Shown: positions 49,076 through 59,776 of the stretch, in pieces
How positions within the stretch are numbered: the stretch's first letter is position 1
How the letters are laid out: each line of letters starts with the position of its first letter
From: an archaeon
Lineage (GTDB): Archaea; Asgardarchaeota; Thorarchaeia; Thorarchaeales; Thorarchaeaceae
Direction of reading: 5' to 3'
NCBI GenBank assembly: GCA_024276825.1
Contig: JAJRWI010000007.1
Coordinates: 1 to 64,000, forward strand
Length of the DNA: 64,000 bases
Translations under genes and position numbers: made by a program
The notes under the pieces: model-generated
Database searches by the model: none
What the model saw: only the letters and a program-made list of their open reading frames with translations
Told to the model about the DNA's origin: nothing

Positions 49076-51964
49076 CTATAGAACGTATGACCATATATAA
49101 TGTACGACCGATTCAGCAGCATCGGGAAAAATCTCGATGCAGATGACATCGGTTTCGGCAGTAATTGTTACATTGAACCAGTAATCAGTTGGTGAATAGG
49201 AGAAGTCTACCCAAGAAGATCCAGTCCAAACATGGCCAAAGACCGATTCTGTAGTATTGAAGAACAGAGAGTAGTTCTGACCAATGACCACTGTCGAGTT
49301 GATGAATACACTAACACCATGTGTTATTGTGTATGGAAGACTGACTCCAAAATACTCGGTTGTGTCAATCGTGTGCCATAGTGGGTTACTAGGACTATCG
49401 CCAGAGATCGGTTGATGACTAAGAGAGATGTTTCCTGTACCATCTCCAATGTAGACCACACGAATGATATATTGCTGTTCTGGGTTGTATTCAGGTTCAC
49501 CTTCAATAGGAATCTCGAGATATCTGGGCCATTCATTAAGCAAATACACCCCCTGAGTAGTCAATAGAGGGGTTGGATTTCCCGGGTGATATAACTCCAT
49601 GAACCAGTCTGCAGAGCCTATATAGTCAGAGCCCACATTCATTTCAAACAGATATCTGTGGGTGTTATCGACTGTGCAGTTGTAATAATGCGAGTCACTA
49701 TCCCATTCATTACTGTCCAATGGCTTCACTTCATCCACATTAATCTCTTCGGGAGTTTCGAAAGAAGTGCCATTCTTTGGAGTATAAGTGAGGGTCACTG
49801 TACCACGACAATATGTATAGGGATTTCCTTGAGTAAAGACAAGTGTATAGTCGCCTACCAACCAAATGGGGTCCCACATTATTTCTGGGAAGTCGTCACA
49901 TGTTTCTGATATTTGGGTGACTATTGATCCATTATGAATTAGAGTGAAATTGATCCACCCACCTGGATAACTCTCAGTCATATTGAAGGCTATGCAAGGC
50001 GTTGAGAGTGTGTCAGAATAGTTCAGCCTGAACCAGTAGCTCCATGGAAAATCAAAAGGATCTGTAATGTTATTGAATAAGGGCGGAAACTGTATCTCTT
50101 CAGGCTCGTTCTCATTGAGAACCTTGGGATTTGTCTGAGAAGGTATCTCAAGGGGTGTGATAGTCATGTTGATCTTTTCAGTACCATTCGCCTTGACGAG
50201 AGTCTTAATTATCAAGATGTAGTCAAGTTTCTTGTCGTGATTTTTAGGATTAACAGGCCAAGGTGAAACAGTATCAATAATTGAGAAGGGAGTATTGAAA
50301 GCCTGCTTTCTCGAGCCGTCTTTGTATACATAAACAATCGTGATCTTCCAATGATTTCCAGGTTTCACTCCAAAATTTATGGAGAAGGGTTTTGTTCCGT
50401 TTATCTTGACCTTTTCAAGACCACTGCCCTCTGGCACCACACCAATCGAGTCACTGACCGTGTTGTTTGTATACGTGAGGTTGGCATGCGCTGTGCGTTC
50501 AGGTACACCGTTGTTTGTGATTGCGTCAGTCAAGAGCCAAGCATAGTAGTCTGCAATTATGCGTTCCCAAGACATCTCAAGAACCTTGGCAATGGCATCA
50601 CGGGGATCAACATCTTTTGAGTTGTTTGCAAAGTTGTCTATGGAACTATTGAATATTTTCAATATGTTTTCAAGACCATAGCGTTCTCTGAGAAACTTGC
50701 TGAAGAGGTATGATCCGATATAATCATCATAGTAGCCGCCCCAACCTTTGAAGAGCGATCGGTTGATGTCTTTGTAATGTGTGTACCAGTTGTGATCCTC
50801 AACCCGTTTGAACTCGTCCTGAATCTCCTTGTTCGTCAGATTGAAGTTGGCCTTTGTAGACTCAATGCCCCAGTAGGTGGCCTGACCCTCAATCCAGAAC
50901 TTATTCTTTGTTGGACAGTGATCAGCATAGTCAGAGCCTTGCTTAAAGGTCTGATATTGAAACAAATGCATAAGTTCGTGTTCGCAGACATACTTTAGAT
51001 CTATGTCTGACTTCATCTTTCCAAGGTCAATCCAGATGATACCTTTATGGGATGCAGCACCAACAGTTTCACTGGTGTCACCTTTCTTGATGATTATTGC
51101 AAACTTGTTGTTTTTCCAGGTCTTGGGCCCCATCTTGAAGCCGTTCTTCAGGTAGAAGTTAAGTGAATATTTGATATGCTTTGTAACATTCTTCACAACA
51201 TCAGCAGAGACTCCACTTCCCTTGATTATCTTGAAGGTCTCGTTACTATGAAGAGCAGTCTTATCAATAATGCCCTCATCAATTACATCTTGGTTAAGAC
51301 CGTTCTGAATCTCAATGATATATCCAGAGTCGGTGTAAACAGGATAGATGTTCGGCATGCTGGGAGTTGGAACTGAATTCATCCACTCATTCGAACTGTC
51401 AGAGTCATTTCCAAACAACGATATCGAACCAGTATTGCAAGCGATCCCATCATCATTCTCTGACCAATCACTATATATTACCTGAGAATTGCCTTCAGAA
51501 TATCTCATAAAATCGATGACATTTCCTGTTGAGTCAAAGAGACCTATCTCATCTCCCTCTGGATCAAGCAAGTTCTCGGATAGTCCAAGATGCAATGCAA
51601 CAGTCCCGTCAGATGCATTAGTATCATCAGTCCCAGTTCCAGAATATATTGCGATATAGACTTCAGCCCGTAGGCCCGAAACAGTAGGAATCTTGATCAG
51701 ACCCTCGCCATCGAAGGTGGTAAAGTACCAATTTTCAATGGTGTCACTCCGAAATGAAACAGGAATATAGATTTCAAAGAACTCGGTCGAGTCAGATTCA
51801 TTACAATATATCTCACTAATCCAGACAGTACCCTTCACCTTAGAGGGAGAATCAGAGGGGAAGGGAGTAGGGGAAGGATTGTAACCAACCATCATAAAGA
51901 CTGCAGTAGTGCCAGCAATCAGAATGATAGCAATAATAAGCAAGGAGAGTTTTTTTGATGGCAC
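49076..51964 (-). CDS. Large secreted/membrane-anchored zinc metalloprotease: lamin-tail-like domain, gluzincin domain, beta-sandwich repeats
   Basis: N-terminal hydrophobic anchor, VWISEIY...EFFEIY...GDEIGLFD..G.VID (LTD-like), HELMHLFQY...WIEGQATY. Confidence 0.78.
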   Translation of the reverse strand: MPSKKLSLLIIAIILIAGTTAVFMMVGYNPSPTPFPSDSPSKVKGTVWISEIYCNESDSTEFFEIYIPVSFRSDTIENWYFTTFDGEGLIKIPTVSGLRAEVYIAIYSGTGTDDTNASDGTVALHLGLSENLLDPEGDEIGLFDSTGNVIDFMRYSEGNSQVIYSDWSENDDGIACNTGSISLFGNDSDSSNEWMNSVPTPSMPNIYPVYTDSGYIIEIQNGLNQDVIDEGIIDKTALHSNETFKIIKGSGVSADVVKNVTKHIKYSLNFYLKNGFKMGPKTWKNNKFAIIIKKGDTSETVGAASHKGIIWIDLGKMKSDIDLKYVCEHELMHLFQYQTFKQGSDYADHCPTKNKFWIEGQATYWGIESTKANFNLTNKEIQDEFKRVEDHNWYTHYKDINRSLFKGWGGYYDDYIGSYLFSKFLRERYGLENILKIFNSSIDNFANNSKDVDPRDAIAKVLEMSWERIIADYYAWLLTDAITNNGVPERTAHANLTYTNNTVSDSIGVVPEGSGLEKVKINGTKPFSINFGVKPGNHWKITIVYVYKDGSRKQAFNTPFSIIDTVSPWPVNPKNHDKKLDYILIIKTLVKANGTEKINMTITPLEIPSQTNPKVLNENEPEEIQFPPLFNNITDPFDFPWSYWFRLNYSDTLSTPCIAFNMTESYPGGWINFTLIHNGSIVTQISETCDDFPEIMWDPIWLVGDYTLVFTQGNPYTYCRGTVTLTYTPKNGTSFETPEEINVDEVKPLDSNEWDSDSHYYNCTVDNTHRYLFEMNVGSDYIGSADWFMELYHPGNPTPLLTTQGVYLLNEWPRYLEIPIEGEPEYNPEQQYIIRVVYIGDGTGNISLSHQPISGDSPSNPLWHTIDTTEYFGVSLPYTITHGVSVFINSTVVIGQNYSLFFNTTESVFGHVWTGSSWVDFSYSPTDYWFNVTITAETDVICIEIFPDAAESVVHYIWSYVL

Positions 51965-52053
51965 GGATATTCACTTCAAATATAATCAATAATCTGCACG
52001 CAATGATTCGAGTATTTATCAGTTGTCTAGATATAGAATATCAATAAAAATGC

Positions 52054-52087
52054 AAAAAAAGAAGGATAGAGGTGGCAAATGCCACCT
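52054..52087 (-). terminator. Putative terminator of hppA
   Basis: aggtggc-aaat-gccacct hairpin followed on the minus strand by a T-run, just after the stop at 52097. Confidence 0.55.
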
Positions 52088-52096
52088 TTTGAGTTA

Positions 52097-54472
52097 TTAG
52101 ATTGACACTTCAACCTGTTCTGTTGATGTGCCAAAGTCAGCTGGCTTTGTGCTCTTTCTGATTGACCAGACAAGCATCAGGAACAGGACCAATATTGCAA
52201 CTATCAGGGCAATGTTGACCTCCAATGACATTCCGAACTTGAACTGCACAATCAGTGGCACAAGTATCAGGCTGATCAGGTTCACAACCTTGATCATTGG
52301 GTTCAGAGCAGGTCCTGCAGTGTCCTTGAGTGGATCACCCACAGTATCACCAACAACACCGCACTTATGTCGCTCAGAGCCCTTGCCCCGATTGTTTTCT
52401 GGATCACTAGGCTCGTCCTCTATTGACTTCTTTGCATTGTCCCACGCACCACCTGCATTGGACATGAATACTGCAAGAAGTTGGCCAGAAACAATGATTC
52501 CACCTAGGAATCCACCCAATGCGGCCTCTTGAAACAGAAGTCCCACTAACAGAGGCATAGCAATCGCGAGTGTTGCTAGAGATATAAGTTCCTTCTGTGC
52601 TGCTGCAGTTGATATCGCTACTGCCCGTCCATAATCTGGGGGCACAGTGCCTTCAAGCACACCAGGAATCTTGAACTGTCTTCGTACTTCCATGACCATC
52701 TCTCCAGCAGCACGTGTGACTGCCTTAATGTTGAATGCTGAGAATAGCCAGGGTAGTGCTGCACCTAATAGGACTCCAGAAAAGACGAGTGGATTGTCAA
52801 GGCGTATGCCTTCTGACAGACCTGCAACGACAACATAGCTGTCGAATAGACTGACTGCTGCAATGACAGCAGAAGCAATAGCAACACCCTTGGTGATTGC
52901 CTTGGTTGTGTTGCCTACTGCATCAAGTTCAGCCATAGTCTTCATGGCCTCTTCATCAAAATCGCCAGGTGAGAGTTCACCAATGCCAGCAGCATTATCG
53001 CTGATTGGACCATAAGAGTCCATTGCAACATTGTTACCAGTGTGTGAAAGCATTCCAATACCAATGAGTGCAATCCCGTATAGCACCCAGAGATAGCTAT
53101 CACCACTGTGAACTGCGGCAACAAACCATGGGGCCATAGCAGCCGCCACAGAGGGCAGGAATATGACCCATGCAATACCAAATGTTGCCACAATGACAAC
53201 AAGTGCTGCCACTGTTGATTCGAATCCAGCAACAAGGCCAGACAAGATGAAAGTCGCATGACCTGTATCGGCAGATTTCACAATCTCTTTCACAGGAGGC
53301 TTCTTCAATGAGGTAAAGTAGCTTGTGATAGGATTGAATGAAACCGCAAGCAATACGCCAACTGCAATCAGAATTCCGAATCGCAGGTCTCCCACATAGA
53401 ACCATGACAATAGCATGGAGAGGGTAATGGTGAAAGCGCTTGATGCCTCATAAGATAGAAACATGGCCTTTTCAGCATATACTTCTCTTTTCTTCAGTAT
53501 TCTTGGCCAGACAGGTACCATTATCGTCCCAATAATTGACGAGATAACACCAACTGCTCTGATAAAGAGTGGAAATACAACAACCGCAAGTAGTCCACCA
53601 GGCAGCAGGGTTATGGGATGTTCAAGATAGAGGACAATTGCAAGAATCAATGCAGACACGATTGTGACTTCATATGATTCGAAAATGTCGGCAGCCATTC
53701 CAGCACAATCACCAACATTGTCACCCACAAGGTCAGCAATGACAGCTGCATTACGTGGGTCATCTTCTGGAAGTCCGTGCTCCACTTTGCCAACAAGATC
53801 GGCCCCGACATCGGCAGCCTTTGTATAGATACCGCCACCGACTCTCATGAATAGTGCCAGTAGAGTTCCACCAAGGCCAAAGCCGAGTAATGCATCAGGA
53901 GCTGCGATACCATAAATGATGAAGATCACAGTTCCGCCCATGAGGCCAAGTCCATCAGTCAGCATACCAGTGAAAGTGCCACCGCGGTATGATATTGTCA
54001 ATGCTCGGTTATACCTGTCATCACCCTCACGTGTGGCCTGTGCAACTCTGATGTTGGACTCAACTGCAATTCGCATGCCGAGCTGACCAACAGCAAGAGA
54101 AAAGCTTGCACCAAGAATGAAGGCCAATGAACGACCGATGCCAACAAGTACCCTGCCTTGCTCGAGATTTCCAGCAAACAGTACAGCAGTACCACGTTCA
54201 GGCTCGGTCACATAAATGGTGAAGAATAGAAGGAACGAGAGGACGACAAGGATAGGTACAATTGTCTTTAACTGTTTATTCAGATAAGACAGTGCACCTT
54301 CCCTGATTCCATTCCAGACCTTCTGCATTTGCTCAGTCCCTTTGGGTTGTTCAAGAACACCCTTCCTGAGCCACCAAGCATATACGAGACTGACAATAGC
54401 CGCGACAATCACTATTATGATCATCACTTGCTCAATGAGCGTCATGCCCAAGAATGTCTCGAATAGTTGCAT
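52097..54472 (-). CDS. hppA: Membrane-bound H+-translocating pyrophosphatase, K+-independent type
   Basis: GGGIYTKAADVGADLVGKVE, EDDPRN, GDNVGD, GPISDNAAG, GNTTKA (Lys form) and GDTVGDPLKDTAGP. Confidence 0.95.
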   Translation of the reverse strand: MQLFETFLGMTLIEQVMIIIVIVAAIVSLVYAWWLRKGVLEQPKGTEQMQKVWNGIREGALSYLNKQLKTIVPILVVLSFLLFFTIYVTEPERGTAVLFAGNLEQGRVLVGIGRSLAFILGASFSLAVGQLGMRIAVESNIRVAQATREGDDRYNRALTISYRGGTFTGMLTDGLGLMGGTVIFIIYGIAAPDALLGFGLGGTLLALFMRVGGGIYTKAADVGADLVGKVEHGLPEDDPRNAAVIADLVGDNVGDCAGMAADIFESYEVTIVSALILAIVLYLEHPITLLPGGLLAVVVFPLFIRAVGVISSIIGTIMVPVWPRILKKREVYAEKAMFLSYEASSAFTITLSMLLSWFYVGDLRFGILIAVGVLLAVSFNPITSYFTSLKKPPVKEIVKSADTGHATFILSGLVAGFESTVAALVVIVATFGIAWVIFLPSVAAAMAPWFVAAVHSGDSYLWVLYGIALIGIGMLSHTGNNVAMDSYGPISDNAAGIGELSPGDFDEEAMKTMAELDAVGNTTKAITKGVAIASAVIAAVSLFDSYVVVAGLSEGIRLDNPLVFSGVLLGAALPWLFSAFNIKAVTRAAGEMVMEVRRQFKIPGVLEGTVPPDYGRAVAISTAAAQKELISLATLAIAMPLLVGLLFQEAALGGFLGGIIVSGQLLAVFMSNAGGAWDNAKKSIEDEPSDPENNRGKGSERHKCGVVGDTVGDPLKDTAGPALNPMIKVVNLISLILVPLIVQFKFGMSLEVNIALIVAILVLFLMLVWSIRKSTKPADFGTSTEQVEVSI

Positions 54473-54922
54473 AATCGTATCACCCTGTATTGAGTCTAGG
54501 TATGTCTGTGGTGAACCTAGAATTCAGTGCTTTCTGGAGTCTGGGCAAAAATTATCACTCTTAAGGCTTGCCCATTGTCAAATATTAGATAAAAGATAAT
54601 AATTTCAGTGGTCATTGCACATGACAATGCAGAGAGTCAATTTTGCTGATTTAAGAAGCATTACTGATATTTATGAGCTGAGTCTGCTTTTAGATATGTA
54701 AATTAGTCTACGGTATTTCCCATCATGAAAGAATGGTCTTTTTCAATTCGAATTTCTAAACATGGTAATATTCAAAGACTTGGAGCAGTATATGCACACA
54801 TCCACGTAATACATTAACACGGCAGATAATTGAATGGTTTACGGACAAAGGCAGAGTGCGCCTCTGATAGTGATAATAATTGTAGTTGATATTGTGAATA
54901 TATTGCTTGCAAGTCATATAAG

Positions 54923-55000
54923 TGGTGGACCGGGCGAGATTCGAACTCGCGACCTTCTGGATGCAAGCCAGACGATCTAACCGGACTGATCTACCGGCCC
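54923..55000 (-). tRNA. tRNA-Ala(UGC), intron-less, CCA encoded
   Basis: Reverse complement GGGCCGGTAGATCAGTCCGGTTAGATCGTCTGGCTTGCATCCAGAAGGTCGCGAGTTCGAATCTCGCCCGGTCCACCA: anticodon arm TCTGG-CTTGCAT-CCAGA, G3:U70 alanine identity pair, TTCGAA T-loop. Confidence 0.95.
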
Positions 55001-55028
55001 ACGATGCGGGACTGATAATTTTGACCTT

Positions 55029-55637
55029 TTAGCCCTTACGCTTTCTGACTTTCTCTCGGGCAATATCAATCCAAAATGGAGCACCCCTCAGTCTTGAGAC
55101 CTCTTCTTCTGACAGCTCCTCATATTGTACAATTGAGAAGTCATCGGGCACAATGCCACTCACTCCAGCAGGGTCCTCAATTATTAGGGTGAAAGTACGA
55201 ATGCCCTCAATAGCCTTGTCGAGTTCTTCCATTAGATGCTCGCCATGGTCCTTCTGTGCTTCAGTTTCTGCAAAGTCTGTGGCCATCTTTAGCACAGGTT
55301 TTATTCGATGAAGAACACCTTCTACATTTGAGATGTAACCCTCTGCAGAGGGACCAGGCTCAATGTCGATCCCAAACTCAGGAATCCTGATGGTTCCAGA
55401 ACTGGAGCGAATCACACGAATATGAAGCTTGGAAGGTTCATCAACAACAAGGGTCCATCTGCTTGGCCTCCTCATTTCAGTTGAGAAGATATCATTATGT
55501 CTGAAATGACATTTGGGACACTCCATGATGAAGAACGCAAGCTCGTTGAAGAAAGGAACGGAATACAACATTGATGTCACTTTAAGATCACTGCCATCAC
55601 ACATTGGGCATCTAATTGTGGGAGGCTCTTCTTGCAT
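55029..55637 (-). CDS. ZPR1-type zinc finger protein
   Basis: CPMC...VPFF.E....CPKC.FR..D, VIRSSSGTIRIPE.G..IEPGP..EGYISNVEGVL and IIEDPAG.S. Confidence 0.92.
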   Translation of the reverse strand: MQEEPPTIRCPMCDGSDLKVTSMLYSVPFFNELAFFIMECPKCHFRHNDIFSTEMRRPSRWTLVVDEPSKLHIRVIRSSSGTIRIPEFGIDIEPGPSAEGYISNVEGVLHRIKPVLKMATDFAETEAQKDHGEHLMEELDKAIEGIRTFTLIIEDPAGVSGIVPDDFSIVQYEELSEEEVSRLRGAPFWIDIAREKVRKRKG

Positions 55638-55766
55638 GAGTCATCCAAAGAATTAATGCATATTACCTTATCCAAATGATTCAGGGAACTGTTTATCACA
55701 CGTTTGTTTAAGAGAGGCTTGGTAAAAGATAGACAAGTAAAAACCAAACCATGAGGATATGGCCCC

Positions 55767-56963
55767 ATGAATGTGAAGAGCCTTTACATCATCAAGAGAG
55801 AAACGGGGGTCTGCGTGTATCATAAAGACTTTGGAGAGAAGCTGTTTGACCCCCACCTTCTATCATCATTTATAGTTGCCATAACCACTTTCTTTGACAA
55901 AGTCACAGGATCGGTCTATTCAAAAGCGAGAGCATTTGAGGGCACAGATTACAAACTTATAGTCGAATTTGGAAATTGGACAGTAGGGGTACTATCGGTC
56001 TCGCACGAGTCGGCTGATGACAGGGCCCGATTAAAGAGGATCATTGAGAGATTTGAGGACCAGTTCAATCTGCTCCGTTGGGTCGACATGGACCTTGCAA
56101 TTTATACACGGTTCGAGCAGGCAGTGATTGACGAGTTTATCAGAGACCAGATTCATCCAGAAACCATCATTCATGTGCGAAGGGACTGGGAATATTACAC
56201 AAAAAATCCGGATTTGATCTCGTTCCTGAGAATGGTTCCACTCAAATGCACGGTCAAAGATGCTGCTGATTTTCTTGAGATGCCCGTGGAACTAATTATG
56301 AATCTAGTTGCTGAAGCGGTATGGGAGAATGCGGTGACCATCGTACAACCTGTAAGGCCAGATGACATCTATCAGGCAACCTCGCTTGTCACCGGCAGTG
56401 TTGAACTTGATGTTTCAGATGAAACTGCTGAGGCCTTAACGCAGTTAGATGGCGAAACTCCCCTGTCAATTGCAGCTGAGAGAGTCCGCACAAAGGACCT
56501 TAGAAAGTTCCTTGAAGAGATCGCACTCTTAGCAAGAAGAAGGGCCATTGAGCAGATATCTCCAGCACAATCAATAGTAGTTCTGTATTCATTTGCACTT
56601 CAAATACTTCTCAATAAATGTGCAGACATCTTTGGCTTTAGAATCGCTAGAAAGATGTTTTATGAGGCAAGAGAACCTGTTGTGGTAGAACACTCTTGGA
56701 TAGTCTTTGTTAGTCTTGAAGAAGGGGTTGATGTTGAGATAAAGCCATCATTGACCTCGGCCACAATGAGCGGAAAAATCGCACCAGAAGTTTTGGGTGA
56801 CGGGTTTATCAATTTATGTGGAGAGATTGTTAGAAGGATAAGAGAGATAATAGGAGCGAGTCCGACAAGAAGGCTGATTTATCATGCCAAAGATGAGTTG
56901 GAAGACCACTTTCCAACAAGGGCTTACAGGGTAGAATGGGAACGACTATTAATAGGGAATTGA
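55767..56963 (+). CDS. Longin-domain protein followed by winged-helix-like modules (NPRL2/NPRL3-like architecture)
   Basis: SLYII...G.CVYHK.F....DPHLLSSFIVAI..F (longin-type N-terminus); TVKDAA..LEMP.E....L; LDGETPL. Confidence 0.62.
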   Translation: MNVKSLYIIKRETGVCVYHKDFGEKLFDPHLLSSFIVAITTFFDKVTGSVYSKARAFEGTDYKLIVEFGNWTVGVLSVSHESADDRARLKRIIERFEDQFNLLRWVDMDLAIYTRFEQAVIDEFIRDQIHPETIIHVRRDWEYYTKNPDLISFLRMVPLKCTVKDAADFLEMPVELIMNLVAEAVWENAVTIVQPVRPDDIYQATSLVTGSVELDVSDETAEALTQLDGETPLSIAAERVRTKDLRKFLEEIALLARRRAIEQISPAQSIVVLYSFALQILLNKCADIFGFRIARKMFYEAREPVVVEHSWIVFVSLEEGVDVEIKPSLTSATMSGKIAPEVLGDGFINLCGEIVRRIREIIGASPTRRLIYHAKDELEDHFPTRAYRVEWERLLIGN

Positions 56964-56975
56964 TATGGAGAGAGG

Positions 56976-57749
56976 ATGATGAATAGCAGATCCTGCAATA
57001 AATTCTTCACATACCTCATATCAATTCCAGCCATTGCCGCAGTGTGGGTTATTGTCATAGTGCTGAATGTCCCAGCATTCATCACTGCATTTCTCACAAC
57101 CTTTTCCATCATCATTCCTCTTGCAGCCTCATTGTATGGAATGACCCTTTTTGGAAGGGGAGGCTTTGTTCGAGAGGACAGGTTTCAGATGATGTACCTG
57201 TTGCTAACAATAGCAATGATGATCTTTGCAGTTGGTGAGGTTGCAATCATCCCAGTCGAGTTCATCCCAAACGGTGAGAGGTTCGTCTTTCTCGTTGGTG
57301 TTGTTCACATCACTGCATTCCTGCCCTTGGCCTTGGGAATCCTGAGATATGTTCAACGAGTGATGAAGACTCTGGGGCATCCACCCAAAGAGGTGGTCTG
57401 GACCACAATCATCATTATCCCCATGCTAATCACGGTGTTTGTCATAATTATGACCAGACAGCTTGACCTGGTTGAGTCAATCCTTGATGTAACAGTCGGT
57501 CTTGTATTGGCAATCGGGTTTGGAATCCTGTCATTGGGACTACTTGTTCTGGTCTATATATTCAGAAGGGGGCTTCTTGTTGCACCCATATCACTCTTGT
57601 ATATGGCATCAGCCCTGTTCTTTGTTCGAGCTCTCATATGGATTGGGTGGGCAATTAGTCTTAGCAATCCATTAAGCAGGCTAATCGCTATTATGGGATA
57701 CCTGTTTCTGGGGGTCAGCTTTCAGATTGCAAACTGCATGCAAAACTGA
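56976..57749 (+). CDS. Hypothetical polytopic (~7 TM) membrane protein
   Basis: About seven hydrophobic segments; co-oriented 12 nt after the longin gene. Confidence 0.7.
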   Translation: MMNSRSCNKFFTYLISIPAIAAVWVIVIVLNVPAFITAFLTTFSIIIPLAASLYGMTLFGRGGFVREDRFQMMYLLLTIAMMIFAVGEVAIIPVEFIPNGERFVFLVGVVHITAFLPLALGILRYVQRVMKTLGHPPKEVVWTTIIIIPMLITVFVIIMTRQLDLVESILDVTVGLVLAIGFGILSLGLLVLVYIFRRGLLVAPISLLYMASALFFVRALIWIGWAISLSNPLSRLIAIMGYLFLGVSFQIANCMQN

Positions 57750-57754
57750 AAGGT

Positions 57755-59776
57755 TCAATCCAAGGCCAGGCCCTCTCCACGAAGTCTTTGTTTAATCTTT
57801 TCACGGACTTCTTCAGGGACATTTGGATTATTCAACATTCGTTTTAGGGTTTCAGGGTCAGGAAGATGCGAGATGCCCATTGCCGTTCCCATGCCCATTG
57901 GGCCATGAGATGCAGGACTTGGTTCTTCAACAACCTCCTCCACACTTGCTGCGATTTCTTCATCGATCTCTTCCACACCCTGATGGGCATAATAGGTATC
58001 GTAGAGGGACTTGAAGATGCCACCGAGTGCCAATAATTCCTCATGAGTGCCCTGCTCAACAAGCTCACCGTGATCGAAGACGAAGATTCGAGATGCATTG
58101 GCAATTGTTGTGAGTCTGTGAGCAATAACAACAGTAGTCCTTCCTGCAAACAACTTGGCTTGTGCGTCTTGGACCAATGACTCGCTATATGCATCAAGTC
58201 GACTGGTGGCCTCATCTAGTATCAGGATTCTGGGATTTGCCAGCATTGTTCGTGCAATGGTAATCATCTGTCGCTGCCCTGCAGAGAGGTTTTTGCCACT
58301 CTCAAAGATCTTAGTGTCATAACCATCTGCAAGGACCTCAATGAACTCATTCGCTCCAATCTGTTTGCAGAGTTCAATTATCTCTTCATGCGTGGCATCG
58401 GGCCGACCATATCGGATATTCTCGATAATTGTGTCATCGAAGAGATATGGTTCCTGAGGAATCAAGGAGATTGCATCATGCAACGACTTGAGAGTTACAT
58501 TCCTGATATCTTGGTCACCAATGAGAATGCGTCCTTCTTGTGGGTCGTAAAATCTGTTGATTAAAGCTGCAAGAGTTGTCTTACCAGCTCCGGTATGACC
58601 AACTACAGCGACAGTTTCGCCGGGCTTGATGTGAAAGCTCACGCCCTTTAACACTGGAGTGTCTTCTACATAGGAAAATGTGACATTCTCAAAGGTGATC
58701 CCATCAGCATCAGGTTTCAGCGGGACAGACTCGGGACCGTCAGCAATTGCTGGCTTGGCTTCAAGTACATCAGAGATCCTGTCCATGGCTGCTAGAGATG
58801 ACTGGACCTGAGAGGACATCATTGCCAGAGAAATTAAAGGCCACATGAATCGATTTACCATTGTGATTCCTAGAAAGACCTCACCAATCGTTAATAGGGG
58901 CTGTGTCCCTACGGCCATGCTACCGCCAACGAATAGCAGAGCGGCCAACCCAAATTGGCCAAATGACCTGATAAGCGGTTGAAGAGCACTCATCAAAATC
59001 ATGAACTTGAACCCATAGCGATAGGCCTTGTTGTTCAGTTCAAGCATGTTCTTTGCTAGTTCATCTTCGCGATTGAAGGCCTTAGCAACATGTATTCCAC
59101 TTAAGTTCTCAGCTATTTGTCCAGACACCGCACCATATGCCCTCTGAGAGGCTAGCATGATTCTCTGTCCAACAGTCCCGAATAGCACAGCTATGAGAAT
59201 AACGCCAGGAACTACCACTAAAGAAGTCAATGCGATTATTGGAGCGACCAACCAGAGGACCACAAATGAGGAAACTAGTAGCAGAATTTGACTTGAGATG
59301 TCAATTATGACTTGAATGCCAATCGACAGAGAATCAGTGTCAGAAGTCACTCTAGAAGTCACATTTCCGCTCTGTTCATTTTTATGATATGAGAGATCAG
59401 CAGAAACTAGATGGGAGTACACATCCGTCTGTATTCTTCTTACAAAACCCGCTTGCGCCCCAGATAATATCCAGGTGTAAATGCCCCGAAAAATCCAGTT
59501 TGCCACCTTCAATATCAGGTATAGCGTTACTATGATAATCAGGGTCTGTAGAGTTGTGTCGGAACTGACAAGGACATCAATTCCCCTCATTAGTAGCAAT
59601 GGGTCAATAGTGGCCACTAATGTTGCTAGAATTGAGAACAAGGCACCAATTACAACAACGCGCCTGAATTCGCCCAGATATTGGAACATGCGCTTCAATA
59701 GAACCCTCATTGGTCTACTAGTCTTAGGACGCTTTCTTGCAAGGGCCATTGGACCTCCATGACGGTGCATTGCCAT
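57755..59776 (-). CDS. ABC exporter, fused TMD-NBD (half carrying the consensus Walker B and H-loop)
   Basis: GHTGAGKT, LSAGQRQ, ILDEATS and IAHRL. Confidence 0.92.
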   Translation of the reverse strand: MAMHRHGGPMALARKRPKTSRPMRVLLKRMFQYLGEFRRVVVIGALFSILATLVATIDPLLLMRGIDVLVSSDTTLQTLIIIVTLYLILKVANWIFRGIYTWILSGAQAGFVRRIQTDVYSHLVSADLSYHKNEQSGNVTSRVTSDTDSLSIGIQVIIDISSQILLLVSSFVVLWLVAPIIALTSLVVVPGVILIAVLFGTVGQRIMLASQRAYGAVSGQIAENLSGIHVAKAFNREDELAKNMLELNNKAYRYGFKFMILMSALQPLIRSFGQFGLAALLFVGGSMAVGTQPLLTIGEVFLGITMVNRFMWPLISLAMMSSQVQSSLAAMDRISDVLEAKPAIADGPESVPLKPDADGITFENVTFSYVEDTPVLKGVSFHIKPGETVAVVGHTGAGKTTLAALINRFYDPQEGRILIGDQDIRNVTLKSLHDAISLIPQEPYLFDDTIIENIRYGRPDATHEEIIELCKQIGANEFIEVLADGYDTKIFESGKNLSAGQRQMITIARTMLANPRILILDEATSRLDAYSESLVQDAQAKLFAGRTTVVIAHRLTTIANASRIFVFDHGELVEQGTHEELLALGGIFKSLYDTYYAHQGVEEIDEEIAASVEEVVEEPSPASHGPMGMGTAMGISHLPDPETLKRMLNNPNVPEEVREKIKQRLRGEGLALD

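Noticed and set aside
54473-55000. tRNA-Ala as an integration site
   Set aside because: No integrase or duplicated tRNA 3' end was noticed in the window
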